Shown: piece after piece, positions 1 to 9,939 of the stretch
Layout: each line of letters begins with the position of its first letter
Numbering within the stretch: position 1 is the first letter of the stretch
NCBI GenBank assembly: GCA_033763315.1
Contig: JANRKS010000009.1
Coordinates: forward strand, 96,001-160,000
Direction: 5' to 3'
Source: Deltaproteobacteria bacterium
GTDB taxonomy: Bacteria > Myxococcota_A > Polyangia > Fen-1088
Length of the DNA stretch: 64,000 nt
The notes under the pieces: generated by a model
Told to the model about the DNA's origin: nothing
What the model saw: only the letters and a program-made list of their open reading frames with translations
Database searches by the model: none
Translations under genes and position numbers: made by a program

Positions 1-2
1 TT

Positions 3-713
3 ATGTCCGACACAATCTTGGTGGGCAGCCGCGCGCGGCCGATCGCCCCTAAAACGCTGGCCCAGAAGCAATACGTGGATGCCATTCGTGACAACGACAT
101 CGTGTTTGGCGTGGGGCCCGCCGGCACGGGGAAAACCTACCTGGCGATGGCTTTGGCGGTGCGCGAACTGATGGAAAAGCGCGTAAAGCGCATTGTGCTT
201 ACGCGTCCCGCCGTAGAAGCCGGCGAAAAACTCGGCTTCTTGCCGGGCAGCTTGGAAGACAAGGTATCGCCGTATTTGCGGCCGCTTTACGACGCGCTAT
301 TCGACATGATGGATGCTGAGAAAGCCGAGCAGCTCGTGGAACGGAACCTGATCGAGATCGCGCCCATCGCGTTTATGCGTGGCCGCACCCTCAACGATGC
401 ATTCGTTATCCTGGATGAGGCACAAAACACCACCAGCGAACAGATGCAGATGTTTTTGACGCGCCTTGGTTTTGAATCAAAGGCCGTGATCACAGGCGAC
501 GTGACCCAGGTGGATTTGCCCTACGGCCGCCGCTCTGGCTTGGCCGAAGCGATGGCCATCCTTAAGGGGATTCCGGGCATCGAATTCCGTCATTTCAGCG
601 ACGTGGACGTCTGCCGGCACCCGTTGGTGCAGAAGGTGATCCGCGCCTACGAGCGCCAACGCCAGCGGGAAAGTGGCGATCTGCCACCCCAGGCTGGTGA
701 TCCAACGCCGTAG
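3..713 (+). CDS. phoH: PhoH family ATPase (probably 5'-truncated by window edge)
   Basis: GPAGTGKT P-loop, [45 protein letters not shown]; shorter than typical PhoH, so the N-terminus probably lies upstream. Confidence 0.95.
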   Translation: MSDTILVGSRARPIAPKTLAQKQYVDAIRDNDIVFGVGPAGTGKTYLAMALAVRELMEKRVKRIVLTRPAVEAGEKLGFLPGSLEDKVSPYLRPLYDALFDMMDAEKAEQLVERNLIEIAPIAFMRGRTLNDAFVILDEAQNTTSEQMQMFLTRLGFESKAVITGDVTQVDLPYGRRSGLAEAMAILKGIPGIEFRHFSDVDVCRHPLVQKVIRAYERQRQRESGDLPPQAGDPTP

Positions 714-738
714 CAAAGTGTTATTCTGCCCACGCATC

Positions 739-2391
739 ATGCGTGATCAAGGCAGCGGAACCGACAACGGGGTGACCCCCACCAGCTTGGGGGATGCGGC
801 CCGCGATCACTATGAATTGGGCGAACTGCTGGCCATTGCACGTGCCCTGGCCTCGGAACGCGACATCCGCACGTTGCTGGATTTGATCTTGGCGAAGTCA
901 CGCCAGATCACGGGCGCCGACGCCGGCAGCGTCTACGTCGTGGAAGACATTGCCACCGTTGCCAGCGAGGATGATCCCTGGGCCGAAGTGGACGCCGGCC
1001 GTAAACAATTGCGCTTCATGTTGTCGCAGAACGATTCGATGAAGGTGGACTTCAAAGAATTCGTGCTGCCCGTGGATGAGCGTTCGATCGTGGGCAAAGC
1101 GGTGTTGGATCGCACCAAGATCAACATTGAAGATTTGCAAGCCTTGCAGCGTGACGACACGCAATCGCGCATTCGCCACAACAGAACGTTCGACGAGCGC
1201 ACAGGATACCAAGCGCGTTCGATGTTAACCGTGCCCTTGCTTTCCGCGCGGGGTGAGCCGCTTGGCGTGATTCAGCTCATCAACAAGAAGCGCGATCCGA
1301 ACGCGATGTTGACGACGCCCGCGGATGTGGCGGCCCATGTGGTGCCGTTCGATCCCCGTTCGGAAGAGCTTGCGCTGGCGTTGGCGGCACAAGCGGGCTT
1401 AAGCCTTGAGAATGCCGTTCTCTATGAAGAAATTCGTCGCCTGTTTGAAGGCTTCGTCGACGCGTCCGTGACGGCCATCGAATCGCGCGATCCCACAACG
1501 TCGGGCCATTCGCGCCGCGTGGCCACTTTGTCAGTGGCGTTGGCCGAACGGGTGGACGCGGTCAAAGACGGGCCTCTCGCCAACATCAGCTTCAGCCGCG
1601 ACGATCTGAGGCAGATCGAGTTCGCGGGCGTGCTGCACGATTTCGGCAAAGTGGGCGTGCGCGAAAACGTGCTGGTGAAAGCAAAGAAGCTTTACCCTCC
1701 GCAGCTTGATTCAATTCGGCAGCGGTTGGATTACGCCCGCAAATGCCTTGAGGTTGAGTTTCTGGCCGAACAGCTGCACATGATCGAGCGTGGTGGAGGC
1801 AATGCCGACGCTCTCACCCAGCTTGCGCGCAAACACGCCCACGATGAAGCGCGCATTGAACGCCTGTGGACGCTGGTGATGGCAGCCAACGAACCCACGA
1901 TCATGGACGGCGAGCGTTTGGATGAGTTGACGGATCTGGCGATGCTGAAGTTTAAAGACGCGCACGGTCGCATGCAGAACTATCTTTGCGACGAGGAAGT
2001 GGCGGCTTTGCAGGTGGCGCGCGGTAGTTTAACGGAGGCTGAACGCCGCGAGATCCAAAGCCACGTGAACCACACCATTTCGTTCTTAAAGACAATCCCA
2101 TGGGGGCGCGCCTTTGCACGCATTCCACACATCGCCGGCGCGCACCACGAATCGCTCGATGGCGGGGGGTACCCTTATGGCCTCAAGGGCGAAGAGATCC
2201 CGGTGGAGGCGCGCATGCTGACCATCTCTGACATTTTCGACGCGTTGACCGCCTCCGACCGCCCCTATAAGGCGGCTGTTCCCGTCACGCGTGCGTTGTC
2301 GATCTTGGAAGACGAAGTGCGCCGCGGCCGTTGCGATCCCTTGCTATTCAATGTGTTCATTGAGACCAAGATCTACGAAAAGGTTCTGTAG
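739..2391 (+). CDS. GAF + HD-GYP cyclic dinucleotide phosphodiesterase
   Basis: GAF (F.D.RTGY.ARSMLTVPL...GVIQLINK), RDPTTSGHS, LHDFGK, HHESLDGGGYPYG, DIFDALT..RPYK; start placed at ATG 739. Confidence 0.9.
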   Translation: MRDQGSGTDNGVTPTSLGDAARDHYELGELLAIARALASERDIRTLLDLILAKSRQITGADAGSVYVVEDIATVASEDDPWAEVDAGRKQLRFMLSQNDSMKVDFKEFVLPVDERSIVGKAVLDRTKINIEDLQALQRDDTQSRIRHNRTFDERTGYQARSMLTVPLLSARGEPLGVIQLINKKRDPNAMLTTPADVAAHVVPFDPRSEELALALAAQAGLSLENAVLYEEIRRLFEGFVDASVTAIESRDPTTSGHSRRVATLSVALAERVDAVKDGPLANISFSRDDLRQIEFAGVLHDFGKVGVRENVLVKAKKLYPPQLDSIRQRLDYARKCLEVEFLAEQLHMIERGGGNADALTQLARKHAHDEARIERLWTLVMAANEPTIMDGERLDELTDLAMLKFKDAHGRMQNYLCDEEVAALQVARGSLTEAERREIQSHVNHTISFLKTIPWGRAFARIPHIAGAHHESLDGGGYPYGLKGEEIPVEARMLTISDIFDALTASDRPYKAAVPVTRALSILEDEVRRGRCDPLLFNVFIETKIYEKVL

Positions 2392-2393
2392 AC

Positions 2394-2885
2394 GTGCCGG
2401 TTGATTCTGTTGTGCGAGGGCGCGCCCTCGGTGTTGTGCCGGCCGCGGATGTGCTTGCCGTCAAGAAGCGTTTGCGGCTGGCGTTGGCCGCGTTGGACCG
2501 CCGCAAGTGTTCCTGCACGTTGGTGTTGACCGATGACGATGAGATCCGGGCGTTGAACCGCGATTTTCGTTACATGGATCGAGCCACGGACGTGCTCAGC
2601 TTTCATCTGCAAGAGCTGGCTGGCGAAGCCGATCCCGCGGGTGACGGAATTCATCTGGGCGACATCGTGATCTCGATCGAAACAGCACGCAGGCGGGCCC
2701 CTGGAAAGAAGCTGGTGACTGAGCTTGAGCGTTTGGCGATACACGGCCTTTGCCACTTGTTTGGCCACGATCACAAGCGAGCCAAGCAAGCGACCGTCAT
2801 GTATGCGCTTGAACGCAGACTGCGTCGGCTTAAGGCCGCTTCCAAGGCGCCGTTGCGCTCTGGCAAGCGGCCCGTCAGCGTCTAA
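2394..2885 (+). CDS. ybeY: rRNA maturation endoribonuclease YbeY
   Basis: LNRDFR..DRATDVLSF, LGDIVIS, HGLCHLFGHDH zinc motif; follows phoH. Confidence 0.93.
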   Translation: MPVDSVVRGRALGVVPAADVLAVKKRLRLALAALDRRKCSCTLVLTDDDEIRALNRDFRYMDRATDVLSFHLQELAGEADPAGDGIHLGDIVISIETARRRAPGKKLVTELERLAIHGLCHLFGHDHKRAKQATVMYALERRLRRLKAASKAPLRSGKRPVSV

Positions 2886-2903
2886 CGGCTGCGGCCCCGA
2901 CTT

Positions 2904-4505
2904 TTACGCCTTGAGCAAGCCGGGGATGGGCCCTGTTTTGGCCGCGTCGTCGGAGCGGACCGGCCGGCCCGCGCAAACACTGCTCATCCAGGGGCCAAAG
3001 CCCTTGCCGCCAGCGGGCGACCAATCGGCGGCCGTTAAGCCGAAGCCCGCCGCGATGGTTTGCAGGTATTGATTCACCGAAGGAATCGGGCCGTTGACGG
3101 CCGGCCGCTTGCCGTTGTTGTAGCCCATGAAATCGTACATGTTGCCATTTTTCAACGCGGCGCTGCCGCCCACGCTGAAGTACGTGAAATCATGATACGA
3201 GTGTGATGTGTCGCGGCCATCAGTGTTCAACGCCGCCGCACAGTTGGTGATGCCGATAACGATCGAGTTCTCCAACATGTCACGACCCGTGGCCGGATCG
3301 ATCAACGTGGTCAAAAACTCGGCCACCTGCGCCACCTGAACGGCGAGCGTGTTGAATGTGCCCACCTTCGATGAATCACCATCGGCGCCCGCATGCCAAA
3401 CCGTGTTGTGGTCCTGATAGGAGCCGACAGACAGATAACCGATGCGAGACAAGTCGCACAGAAACGCCACGCCCATGAGCTTGTTGAAAGAGGCAAGGTC
3501 GCCGCCCTGCGAGGCCAGTGGCTTGCACTCAGGCGAAACCGTTGCCCCTGCGATACCGCCGGCGCTGCCGCCACTGCCGCTGGTGGCGCCCTTCTCAGCC
3601 GTGGCAAGGCTTTCATTGAGCAGATCGTAGTATTGCTCAAGGCTGCGTTTGTCATTGGCGGAAAGGCTCTTCTGCCCCAGCAATCGTTTGCGCTCCTGTT
3701 GGCTGAACCGCAGGCCCATCAACGAAGCGAAGTCGCTCGTGGACATCGCCGCCAGGGGATCGGATGGCACCGCGGGCGTGGTCATGCCCCCGGCACCAAT
3801 CTTTTGCATGGCTGCGGTGACCTTTTTGCCAGCATCAAAAATAGGGCCGTTATAGATATTGCTGGTGTTGCCTGACAGCGCTTGAATTGCGCCATTGGCG
3901 TCGATGGACTCGTCGGTATCGGCACCGCCACCGCCCCAGTTGGAACTGCCCATGAACATCGAACGCTGGCCCGAGGTGTGGATCTTCTTGGCAATGATGT
4001 TATCGATGGTCACCGAAGGACCCGACAACGAGCCTGACAAGGCGAAACGCGTCCGCGTGTTGAACTTGCCACTTTGGCCTCCGGCGCTCCAAGAGCCGTT
4101 GCCGTCCGAGATGTGCCCTTGCGCCCCGGAGTAGTTCATCGCCAACCCGTTGACCACCATCATCTCTTTTTGCAAACGTGGGTTGGACTTAAGCGCGCCC
4201 TGCTCGTAAAAGCCGCCGAGTTTTCCTGGCGTTGAGCCGAACGCGCCGATGCGCACGCCGTTTGCCATATCAACCTTCAAGAGGCTTGGGTCGGCGCCCC
4301 CGTACGCGCCTTTGGCGAACTCGGGGATGCGGTGATAGCCAAGCGCCATGTGCGATTGGGAAACGATGATTAGCCGCTTCAGCTTGTTCGCCGCCTGTGC
4401 ATGGGCCACCTTGCGGCCGAGCACCGTTTCCAAAAACGGCAGCGTCGAACACATGCCCAAGCCACTCAAAAACTTCCGTCGTTCCATTGCGTTTTTCCAG
4501 CTCAT
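2904..4505 (-). CDS. DUF1552 (HXXSHH)-like Tat-exported protein, divergent
   Basis: Twin-Arg signal ERRKFLSG, LPFLE, TIDNIIA, AFLCDLSRI, MLENSIVI; GGAG SD before ATG 4505; lies downstream of a DUF1592 gene. Confidence 0.75.
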   Translation of the reverse strand: MSWKNAMERRKFLSGLGMCSTLPFLETVLGRKVAHAQAANKLKRLIIVSQSHMALGYHRIPEFAKGAYGGADPSLLKVDMANGVRIGAFGSTPGKLGGFYEQGALKSNPRLQKEMMVVNGLAMNYSGAQGHISDGNGSWSAGGQSGKFNTRTRFALSGSLSGPSVTIDNIIAKKIHTSGQRSMFMGSSNWGGGGADTDESIDANGAIQALSGNTSNIYNGPIFDAGKKVTAAMQKIGAGGMTTPAVPSDPLAAMSTSDFASLMGLRFSQQERKRLLGQKSLSANDKRSLEQYYDLLNESLATAEKGATSGSGGSAGGIAGATVSPECKPLASQGGDLASFNKLMGVAFLCDLSRIGYLSVGSYQDHNTVWHAGADGDSSKVGTFNTLAVQVAQVAEFLTTLIDPATGRDMLENSIVIGITNCAAALNTDGRDTSHSYHDFTYFSVGGSAALKNGNMYDFMGYNNGKRPAVNGPIPSVNQYLQTIAAGFGLTAADWSPAGGKGFGPWMSSVCAGRPVRSDDAAKTGPIPGLLKA

Positions 4506-4533
4506 GTTGAACTCCGTTGACAGGCGGTAAACC

Positions 4534-6279
4534 TCAGCGTGCGCTGAAGGCTGAACTGGTGACGTAATCCAAGATTGTGTCTTGCAGCGACAGGGTGTTG
4601 GAGGGCGCCTTCTCGTCGTCCGAGCAAAGGAAGTCCTCTTTGACGCCCACGGCAAATTGATCGAACCGATGCGCGAAGCAGGCGGCGGCTTGGTCGCTGT
4701 CACCGATCACGTCGCTCAACGCGCTGGCGTCGGCCACCGAGCGGCTCACGGTATCCACGGGCACGTTGACTTGCTCCCGCACATCAACGTCCACCATTTG
4801 CAACGTCTTGCGGTTTTTCACCTGCTCCTTGGCCAGCCGCGCGCCCGTCACCGAAAACGCTGACATGGCATAGCCGTAGGGATTCATGGCCGCGTGGCAG
4901 CCGATGCAACTGCCTCGCTCGGTGAGTTTCTCGAAGAACTGGCGCGACGACATCACGTCAGGCGCGTCTGTGGGCAGCGTGGTGTCAACCTTATCCGGCA
5001 AGGCGCCGATCGTGCCGCACAACATCGTGACCTTCACGCCGTAACCCCGGTGGGCGATGGGCAAATAATCACCATAGGCACCGTGGAGGCTGAAAGCCAC
5101 GCGGGTCAGCAAGCCATGGCGATCCGTGGCGCCGGCCCGCTTAACCTCGTTTGATTTGCTCGCGCCGTAAAGCTTCGCCAACCAATCGTGCCCTGGCACC
5201 ACGTCGTCGGTGCTCATGAAATCGCGCAAGGTGCCCCCATCCTTGAGCACCACGTTCTCGAACAGCGCGCCCACTTCTTGTCGCGCCGCCGCCGCCACAA
5301 GCGCGCTTTCTTCGTTTGTTGCCACATAACTTGGCGCACCCGGGGGTGACTTGAGCAGCGACAGATTCAACCATTGCTCAGCGAAATGGCGCAGCGTCTG
5401 CCGGCCCAGATCGGTGCGCAGCAACCGCTTGGCTTCGTCCTTGCGCACCTCAGCCTTCAAAATGCTGCCGTCGGCGATCTTTTCGCGCAAAGCCTGGTCG
5501 GGCAGGGCGCTGGTCAGCGTCATGGCCAAGCGTGACCCCATGGTGGCGGCATCGATTGTGCCTGCCATCGTCAGCTCGGCGTTGTCGTAACGAAGTGCGC
5601 TTTTCGCACTCAACATGACGGACGCAAGAAAGCCCGCGTAAGCCTTGGGCGCTTGGTATTTGGCCTTATTCGCCTTGTAGGCTTGCACGAAGTAATCGAA
5701 GTCTTCGCTCGCCACGGGCTCGCGTTCGAAGGCGTCGGCGAACTTGCGTGCCACTTCTTGTCCGCAGCCGCCTTCAAGGTCGGTGGTTTGATTGCAGCTT
5801 GTTCCTAAGAAGGATTCGATGGCTCCGCGAACGCTTGCCTGTTCTGACGCCAATGTTGCCAAGCGCGCCGCCAATGCCACATAGCCATCCACGAACTGGG
5901 CGGCGATGGCCTTGTTCTCGGTGTCGAAGCCTTTGGCTTTCAGGTTCACCGGCAAGTTTGCCAACATGGATTTGACTTGCGCGTCTTTGGCGGCATCGGG
6001 GCCGAACACTTGTGCCACAATGTTGGTGGCCGCGAACGCTGTGTTCGTGGATATCTGCCACGCAGGCCGACCTGTTCGCGCCGAGCAGGCGGCGGCCACC
6101 GGCGGATCGCCCGGAGGAGCTGTGTCGTTGCCTCCAGCACCGCCCCCACTGCCATCGTCCTCGCCTTGGTTGTTGTTACCGGCCACACTGCCGGTGCACG
6201 CCGTGGCGGCATAACCACCACACAGGGCTGCGCACAACCACCAGACCCGACCGAGCGGAGAAGCATTTCGAAACTGCAT
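4534..6279 (-). CDS. DUF1592/DUF1588 (PSD/PSCyt) lipoprotein with CxxCH heme motif
   Basis: Lipobox ATAC + Gly-rich linker, LPD..L, FAEQWL, RHGLLT, HRG..V...LC, CIGCH..MNPYG; GGAGG SD. Confidence 0.8.
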   Translation of the reverse strand: MQFRNASPLGRVWWLCAALCGGYAATACTGSVAGNNNQGEDDGSGGGAGGNDTAPPGDPPVAAACSARTGRPAWQISTNTAFAATNIVAQVFGPDAAKDAQVKSMLANLPVNLKAKGFDTENKAIAAQFVDGYVALAARLATLASEQASVRGAIESFLGTSCNQTTDLEGGCGQEVARKFADAFEREPVASEDFDYFVQAYKANKAKYQAPKAYAGFLASVMLSAKSALRYDNAELTMAGTIDAATMGSRLAMTLTSALPDQALREKIADGSILKAEVRKDEAKRLLRTDLGRQTLRHFAEQWLNLSLLKSPPGAPSYVATNEESALVAAAARQEVGALFENVVLKDGGTLRDFMSTDDVVPGHDWLAKLYGASKSNEVKRAGATDRHGLLTRVAFSLHGAYGDYLPIAHRGYGVKVTMLCGTIGALPDKVDTTLPTDAPDVMSSRQFFEKLTERGSCIGCHAAMNPYGYAMSAFSVTGARLAKEQVKNRKTLQMVDVDVREQVNVPVDTVSRSVADASALSDVIGDSDQAAACFAHRFDQFAVGVKEDFLCSDDEKAPSNTLSLQDTILDYVTSSAFSAR

Positions 6280-6472
6280 GAATCCCTCCGAGACGCCCGG
6301 CCCAAGCGTTGGCCGAGTGCAATAATTTTATCTGGTCCATAGGACTCAGTGACAAAATACTATGGCCTAGTCGTCTAGAGCTCAATACGCAGATTGGCTC
6401 ACTGGTCCCCTTTTTACAGAGACATGCGTACGGGCGCTGACACGCCTATCGCTTAACGCATACGCTGTGGAA

Positions 6473-7624
6473 TCAAGCGGGGTGTGGCACAAGGCCGGCT
6501 TGCTGTAGGCGGGCCGCGGTGTGATCCAGCAGATAGAGCGCGCCGCCATCCGATTCAAGCAACGGTACGGACGTCACGCTGCTGGCAGGGAAAGTGCTGG
6601 CCAGGCGATCTTTCTGTCGCGCTTGTTCTGTGGCCACGGCATGAACGGTGATCGCTGCAAGAGAGACGGCTTGCGCAGATTCAGCCAACAACGCCGGCGC
6701 GTGCTCGAATGCCGGAAGGTCTTCAAGCGCATGCGCGATCTCGGCTGCGCGCAGCAAGGGCGGTGGTTCCAACACGCGGTTGACGATAAACGCCCTTGGA
6801 CCTACGCCCAACTCCTGCAGTTGCCGCGAAAAAGCGATGGCTTCGTCCATGGCCTGTGGCTCGGCGATGCACACCCCAACCACGGCTGTATCAGGGCCAT
6901 GAAGCAGCGCCTGCACCGCTTGGGTGCGCGCCAAGAAGCCTTCCAAAACAGGCTGAAAATCAGCCAAAAACGCGCCCAAATCCGAAAGGAACCGGCTTCC
7001 AACCAAACGCGAAAGCGCGCGCAAAACCATGCCGCCGCCTGAGCCGAGGCGTGCGACGCTAAGCAGGCGCTGGCCGCCTGTTTGGGGAATCAGCCACTTG
7101 ATCAATGGGCTGGCGATGGCGGCGGCGAGGCGGCTGGGGGCATCGAAGAACTCCAGCGCGTTGGCCGCAGGTGGCGTATCGAGCACCACCATATCGAAGC
7201 GTTTGTCTTCATAAAGCGTTTGCAGATACAAGGCCGCGGCATACTCCTGCGCGCCGGTCAGCGTTGTGGTGATCTGCTGATAGATCGAATTCTCCAGAAT
7301 TCGCTGCTTGCGTTGCGCGTCTTGAGCAAACTCCTGCACCAAGCGGGCGAAGGCTTGTTCCGTGTCAATGCGGGCGGCAAAAAGATGATTGGCGGGGATG
7401 CCCAGCTTTTGTGCCGTCTCGTGCGGCAAACTGCGTGGCTCGGCGTCCAACTGAGGCAGCGCCAAAGCGTCCACCAACCGCGGTGCGGGATCGATTGTCG
7501 CTACAACGGTTCGTAAGCCTGACCGTGCGGCCGCCACAGCGAATGATGCGGCGGTGGTGGTTTTGCCCACGCCACCCGGCCCGGCACAAATCACGAGGCG
7601 CCTGCCAAGCAGCGGGGCTTGCAT
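6473..7624 (-). CDS. ArsA/Get3-related P-loop ATPase (anion-transporting ATPase family)
   Basis: GPGGVGKTT, TIDPA, GAQEYAA, VVLDTPP..NALEFFDAP, FIVNRV; ATG overlaps the upstream TGA (TGATG). Confidence 0.85.
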   Translation of the reverse strand: MQAPLLGRRLVICAGPGGVGKTTTAASFAVAAARSGLRTVVATIDPAPRLVDALALPQLDAEPRSLPHETAQKLGIPANHLFAARIDTEQAFARLVQEFAQDAQRKQRILENSIYQQITTTLTGAQEYAAALYLQTLYEDKRFDMVVLDTPPAANALEFFDAPSRLAAAIASPLIKWLIPQTGGQRLLSVARLGSGGGMVLRALSRLVGSRFLSDLGAFLADFQPVLEGFLARTQAVQALLHGPDTAVVGVCIAEPQAMDEAIAFSRQLQELGVGPRAFIVNRVLEPPPLLRAAEIAHALEDLPAFEHAPALLAESAQAVSLAAITVHAVATEQARQKDRLASTFPASSVTSVPLLESDGGALYLLDHTAARLQQAGLVPHPA

Positions 7625-8430
7625 CAGTCCACGCGCAACAAAATAACGGAGACGTTGTCTTTGCCGCCAGCGGCGTTGGCAGCATCGATTAGGTGCTGGC
7701 ACGCTTCCTCAAGATCGCGGTGCTGGTTCAACAGGCCCTCAATGGTGGCGTCCGGCAGCTCGCCCCACAGCCCGTCTGAACACAACAGGTACGTGTCTTG
7801 GCGCATGAACGTCTTCTGATACACCGTGGGCTCGACGTCGTCCTTGCTGCCAAGCGCTCTGGTCACCACGTTCTTCGGCGCCATCGCCGCCAATGCCGCT
7901 TCCGAGATGTCGGGCCGCGCGGCTTTCATCTCTTCGACCACCGAATGATCTCTGGTGAGGCGCGACAATTTGCCCTCACGCAAGCGGTAGGCGCGGGCGT
8001 CCCCGACGTGCGCCACGCTTAACTGTGTCTGCCCGATCGCCAACGCCACCGCTGTGGCCGCCATGCGGTTTAACTCGGGCGCGCGCGCCGCGGCCGCACG
8101 AATGGCCGCGTTTGCCACTTTGAGCCCCACGTTTAGAATGTTGGCCCCCAACGAGGCCTGCTTGGACATGGGGTAGGGCCATGGATCCCGCTCATGCGTC
8201 ACCCGGTGGGTGAAGAACGCTTCCATTTCTTCCACGGTGATCCGCGCGGCCACATCGCCCGCAGAGCGCCCGCCCATGCCGTCGGCGACGACGAACAAAC
8301 CAAGATCCATGCGCATCCCAAACGCGTCTTCGTTGTCCGTGCGAACGATGCCTTGGTGGGTGAGGCCAGCGCAATGCAGGTAAAGAGGAGGGATGGTCTC
8401 GTTTGGGCGGCTCATGACAGGTGGTTCCAC
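7624..8430 (-). CDS. PP2C-family Ser/Thr phosphatase (Pph1/Stp1-like)
   Basis: G.VRTDNED, VVADGMGG, AHVGDARAY, LTRDHS, NVVTRALG, LLCSDGL, GGKDNVS. Confidence 0.92.
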   Translation of the reverse strand: MEPPVMSRPNETIPPLYLHCAGLTHQGIVRTDNEDAFGMRMDLGLFVVADGMGGRSAGDVAARITVEEMEAFFTHRVTHERDPWPYPMSKQASLGANILNVGLKVANAAIRAAAARAPELNRMAATAVALAIGQTQLSVAHVGDARAYRLREGKLSRLTRDHSVVEEMKAARPDISEAALAAMAPKNVVTRALGSKDDVEPTVYQKTFMRQDTYLLCSDGLWGELPDATIEGLLNQHRDLEEACQHLIDAANAAGGKDNVSVILLRVD

Positions 8431-8434
8431 GACT

Positions 8435-9925
8435 TTACACCCAAGCGGCGCGCTTCACCTCGTTCTTCCAACGGTCGTAGGCGCGATTCCGGTCGGCGTC
8501 GGACATCTTGGGCTCAAAGCGCGTGACCCGTGTGGCAGACGCGCCGGCGGGCAGGCCCGGCCATGGACGAAGGCCTGCGCCCACGGCCGCCAAACGTGCG
8601 GCGCCGAGGGCTGTCGTTTCAACCATAGACGGACGTTCGATGGGTGCCCCCAACAGATCGGCCTGTATCTGCATCAACAAGTTATTCGCGGTGGCCCCGC
8701 CATCCACGCGCAGCACGTTTAGCCGGCAGCCTGCGTCTGATTCCATGGCTTTCACGATGTCCACGTTTTGAAACGCCATGGCTTCTAACGTTGCCCGCGC
8801 CAGATGGCCTTGCCCCGCGCCACGCGTAAGGCCGCTGATCATGCCACGCGCGTCCGGCCGCCAGTGTGGTGCCCCCAACCCTGTGAACGCAGGCACAATC
8901 GTCACGCCGCCGCTATCGAGAACCGAAGCCGCGAGCGTCTCAATGTCGGCCGCATGCTTGATGATTTGCAAACCGTCGCGAAGCCACTGCACCAGCGCGC
9001 CACAAACGAACGCCCCGCCTTCGAGCGCATATGTGGTGTGGCTATCGGCCGTCGTCCACGCCACCGTGGTGAGCAGGCGATTGTGTGAAACCACCGCCGC
9101 ATCGCCGACGTTCATCAACAAGAACGAACCTGTGCCAAAGGTGCATTTGGCGTCGCCGGGGCTCACGCAGCCTTGCCCAAAGAGTGCCGCTTGTTGATCG
9201 CCGGCCATGCCCGCGATGACCACGCCGTCGTCAAGGCCAGCCACGCCGCGCGTGCGCGCCAAGGTTCCAAAGCATGGCGTGACTTTGGGCAGTACGACCT
9301 TGGGAATGTTGAAGAGAGCGCACAGCTCGTCGCTCCACGTGCCGGTGTGAATGTTGAACAATTGCGTGCGCGCCGCGTTCGACGCGTCTGTGATGTGTTC
9401 ACCAGAAAGCCTGTACACCAAGAAACTATCGATGGTGCCAAACGCCAGTTGCCCGGCTTCGGCGCGGGCGCGCAGTTCTGGATCGCTGTCCAGCAACCAT
9501 TGCAGCTTCGACGCTGAAAAATAGGGGTCAATCAGCAATCCCGTGAGCGCGGCGATGCGGGCTTCCTGCCCCTTTTGTTTGCGCTCTTCGCAGGCACCCG
9601 TGGTGCGCCGATCCTGCCACACAAGCGCGGGCGCCACGGGCTTGCCCGTGCTCTTATCCCACAGCACGACCGTTTCACGCTGGTTGGTGATGCCGATGGC
9701 TGCGATCACGTGATTTTGTGAAAGGCTGGCTCTGGCGGCTGACAAAGCAGCGAGAACGGATTGCCAGATCGCTTCCGGATCGTGTTCCACCTGGCCTGGG
9801 GCTGGATAACTTTGCGGGATCTCCTGGTAGCCCCGTCCCACAATGTTCTCGTCACCGTCCAACAAAAGAACGGTTGTGCCAGTGGTGCCCTGATCGATCG
9901 CGGCGATGAGCGGTTGCGACGTCAT
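8435..9925 (-). CDS. glpK: Glycerol kinase
   Basis: IDQGTTGT, GITNQRET, WQDRRT, DPYFSASK, GDQQAALFGQ, KCTFGTG, YALEG, PAFTGLGAPHW, VDGG; alternative TTG start at 9943. Confidence 0.96.
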   Translation of the reverse strand: MTSQPLIAAIDQGTTGTTVLLLDGDENIVGRGYQEIPQSYPAPGQVEHDPEAIWQSVLAALSAARASLSQNHVIAAIGITNQRETVVLWDKSTGKPVAPALVWQDRRTTGACEERKQKGQEARIAALTGLLIDPYFSASKLQWLLDSDPELRARAEAGQLAFGTIDSFLVYRLSGEHITDASNAARTQLFNIHTGTWSDELCALFNIPKVVLPKVTPCFGTLARTRGVAGLDDGVVIAGMAGDQQAALFGQGCVSPGDAKCTFGTGSFLLMNVGDAAVVSHNRLLTTVAWTTADSHTTYALEGGAFVCGALVQWLRDGLQIIKHAADIETLAASVLDSGGVTIVPAFTGLGAPHWRPDARGMISGLTRGAGQGHLARATLEAMAFQNVDIVKAMESDAGCRLNVLRVDGGATANNLLMQIQADLLGAPIERPSMVETTALGAARLAAVGAGLRPWPGLPAGASATRVTRFEPKMSDADRNRAYDRWKNEVKRAAWV

Positions 9926-9939
9926 CGCCGCAGTGTACG

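Noticed and set aside
2904-4703. Extended N-termini in the ORF track (also 673, 7702, 10856, 40810, 45545, 55977, 56317)
   Set aside because: They overlap neighbouring genes or the tRNA, or add unalignable sequence; downstream starts with SD sites or signal peptides fit better
6473-7624. Arsenic resistance operon
   Set aside because: No arsB/arsC/arsR/arsD; single-domain ATPase without the metalloid-binding Cys set
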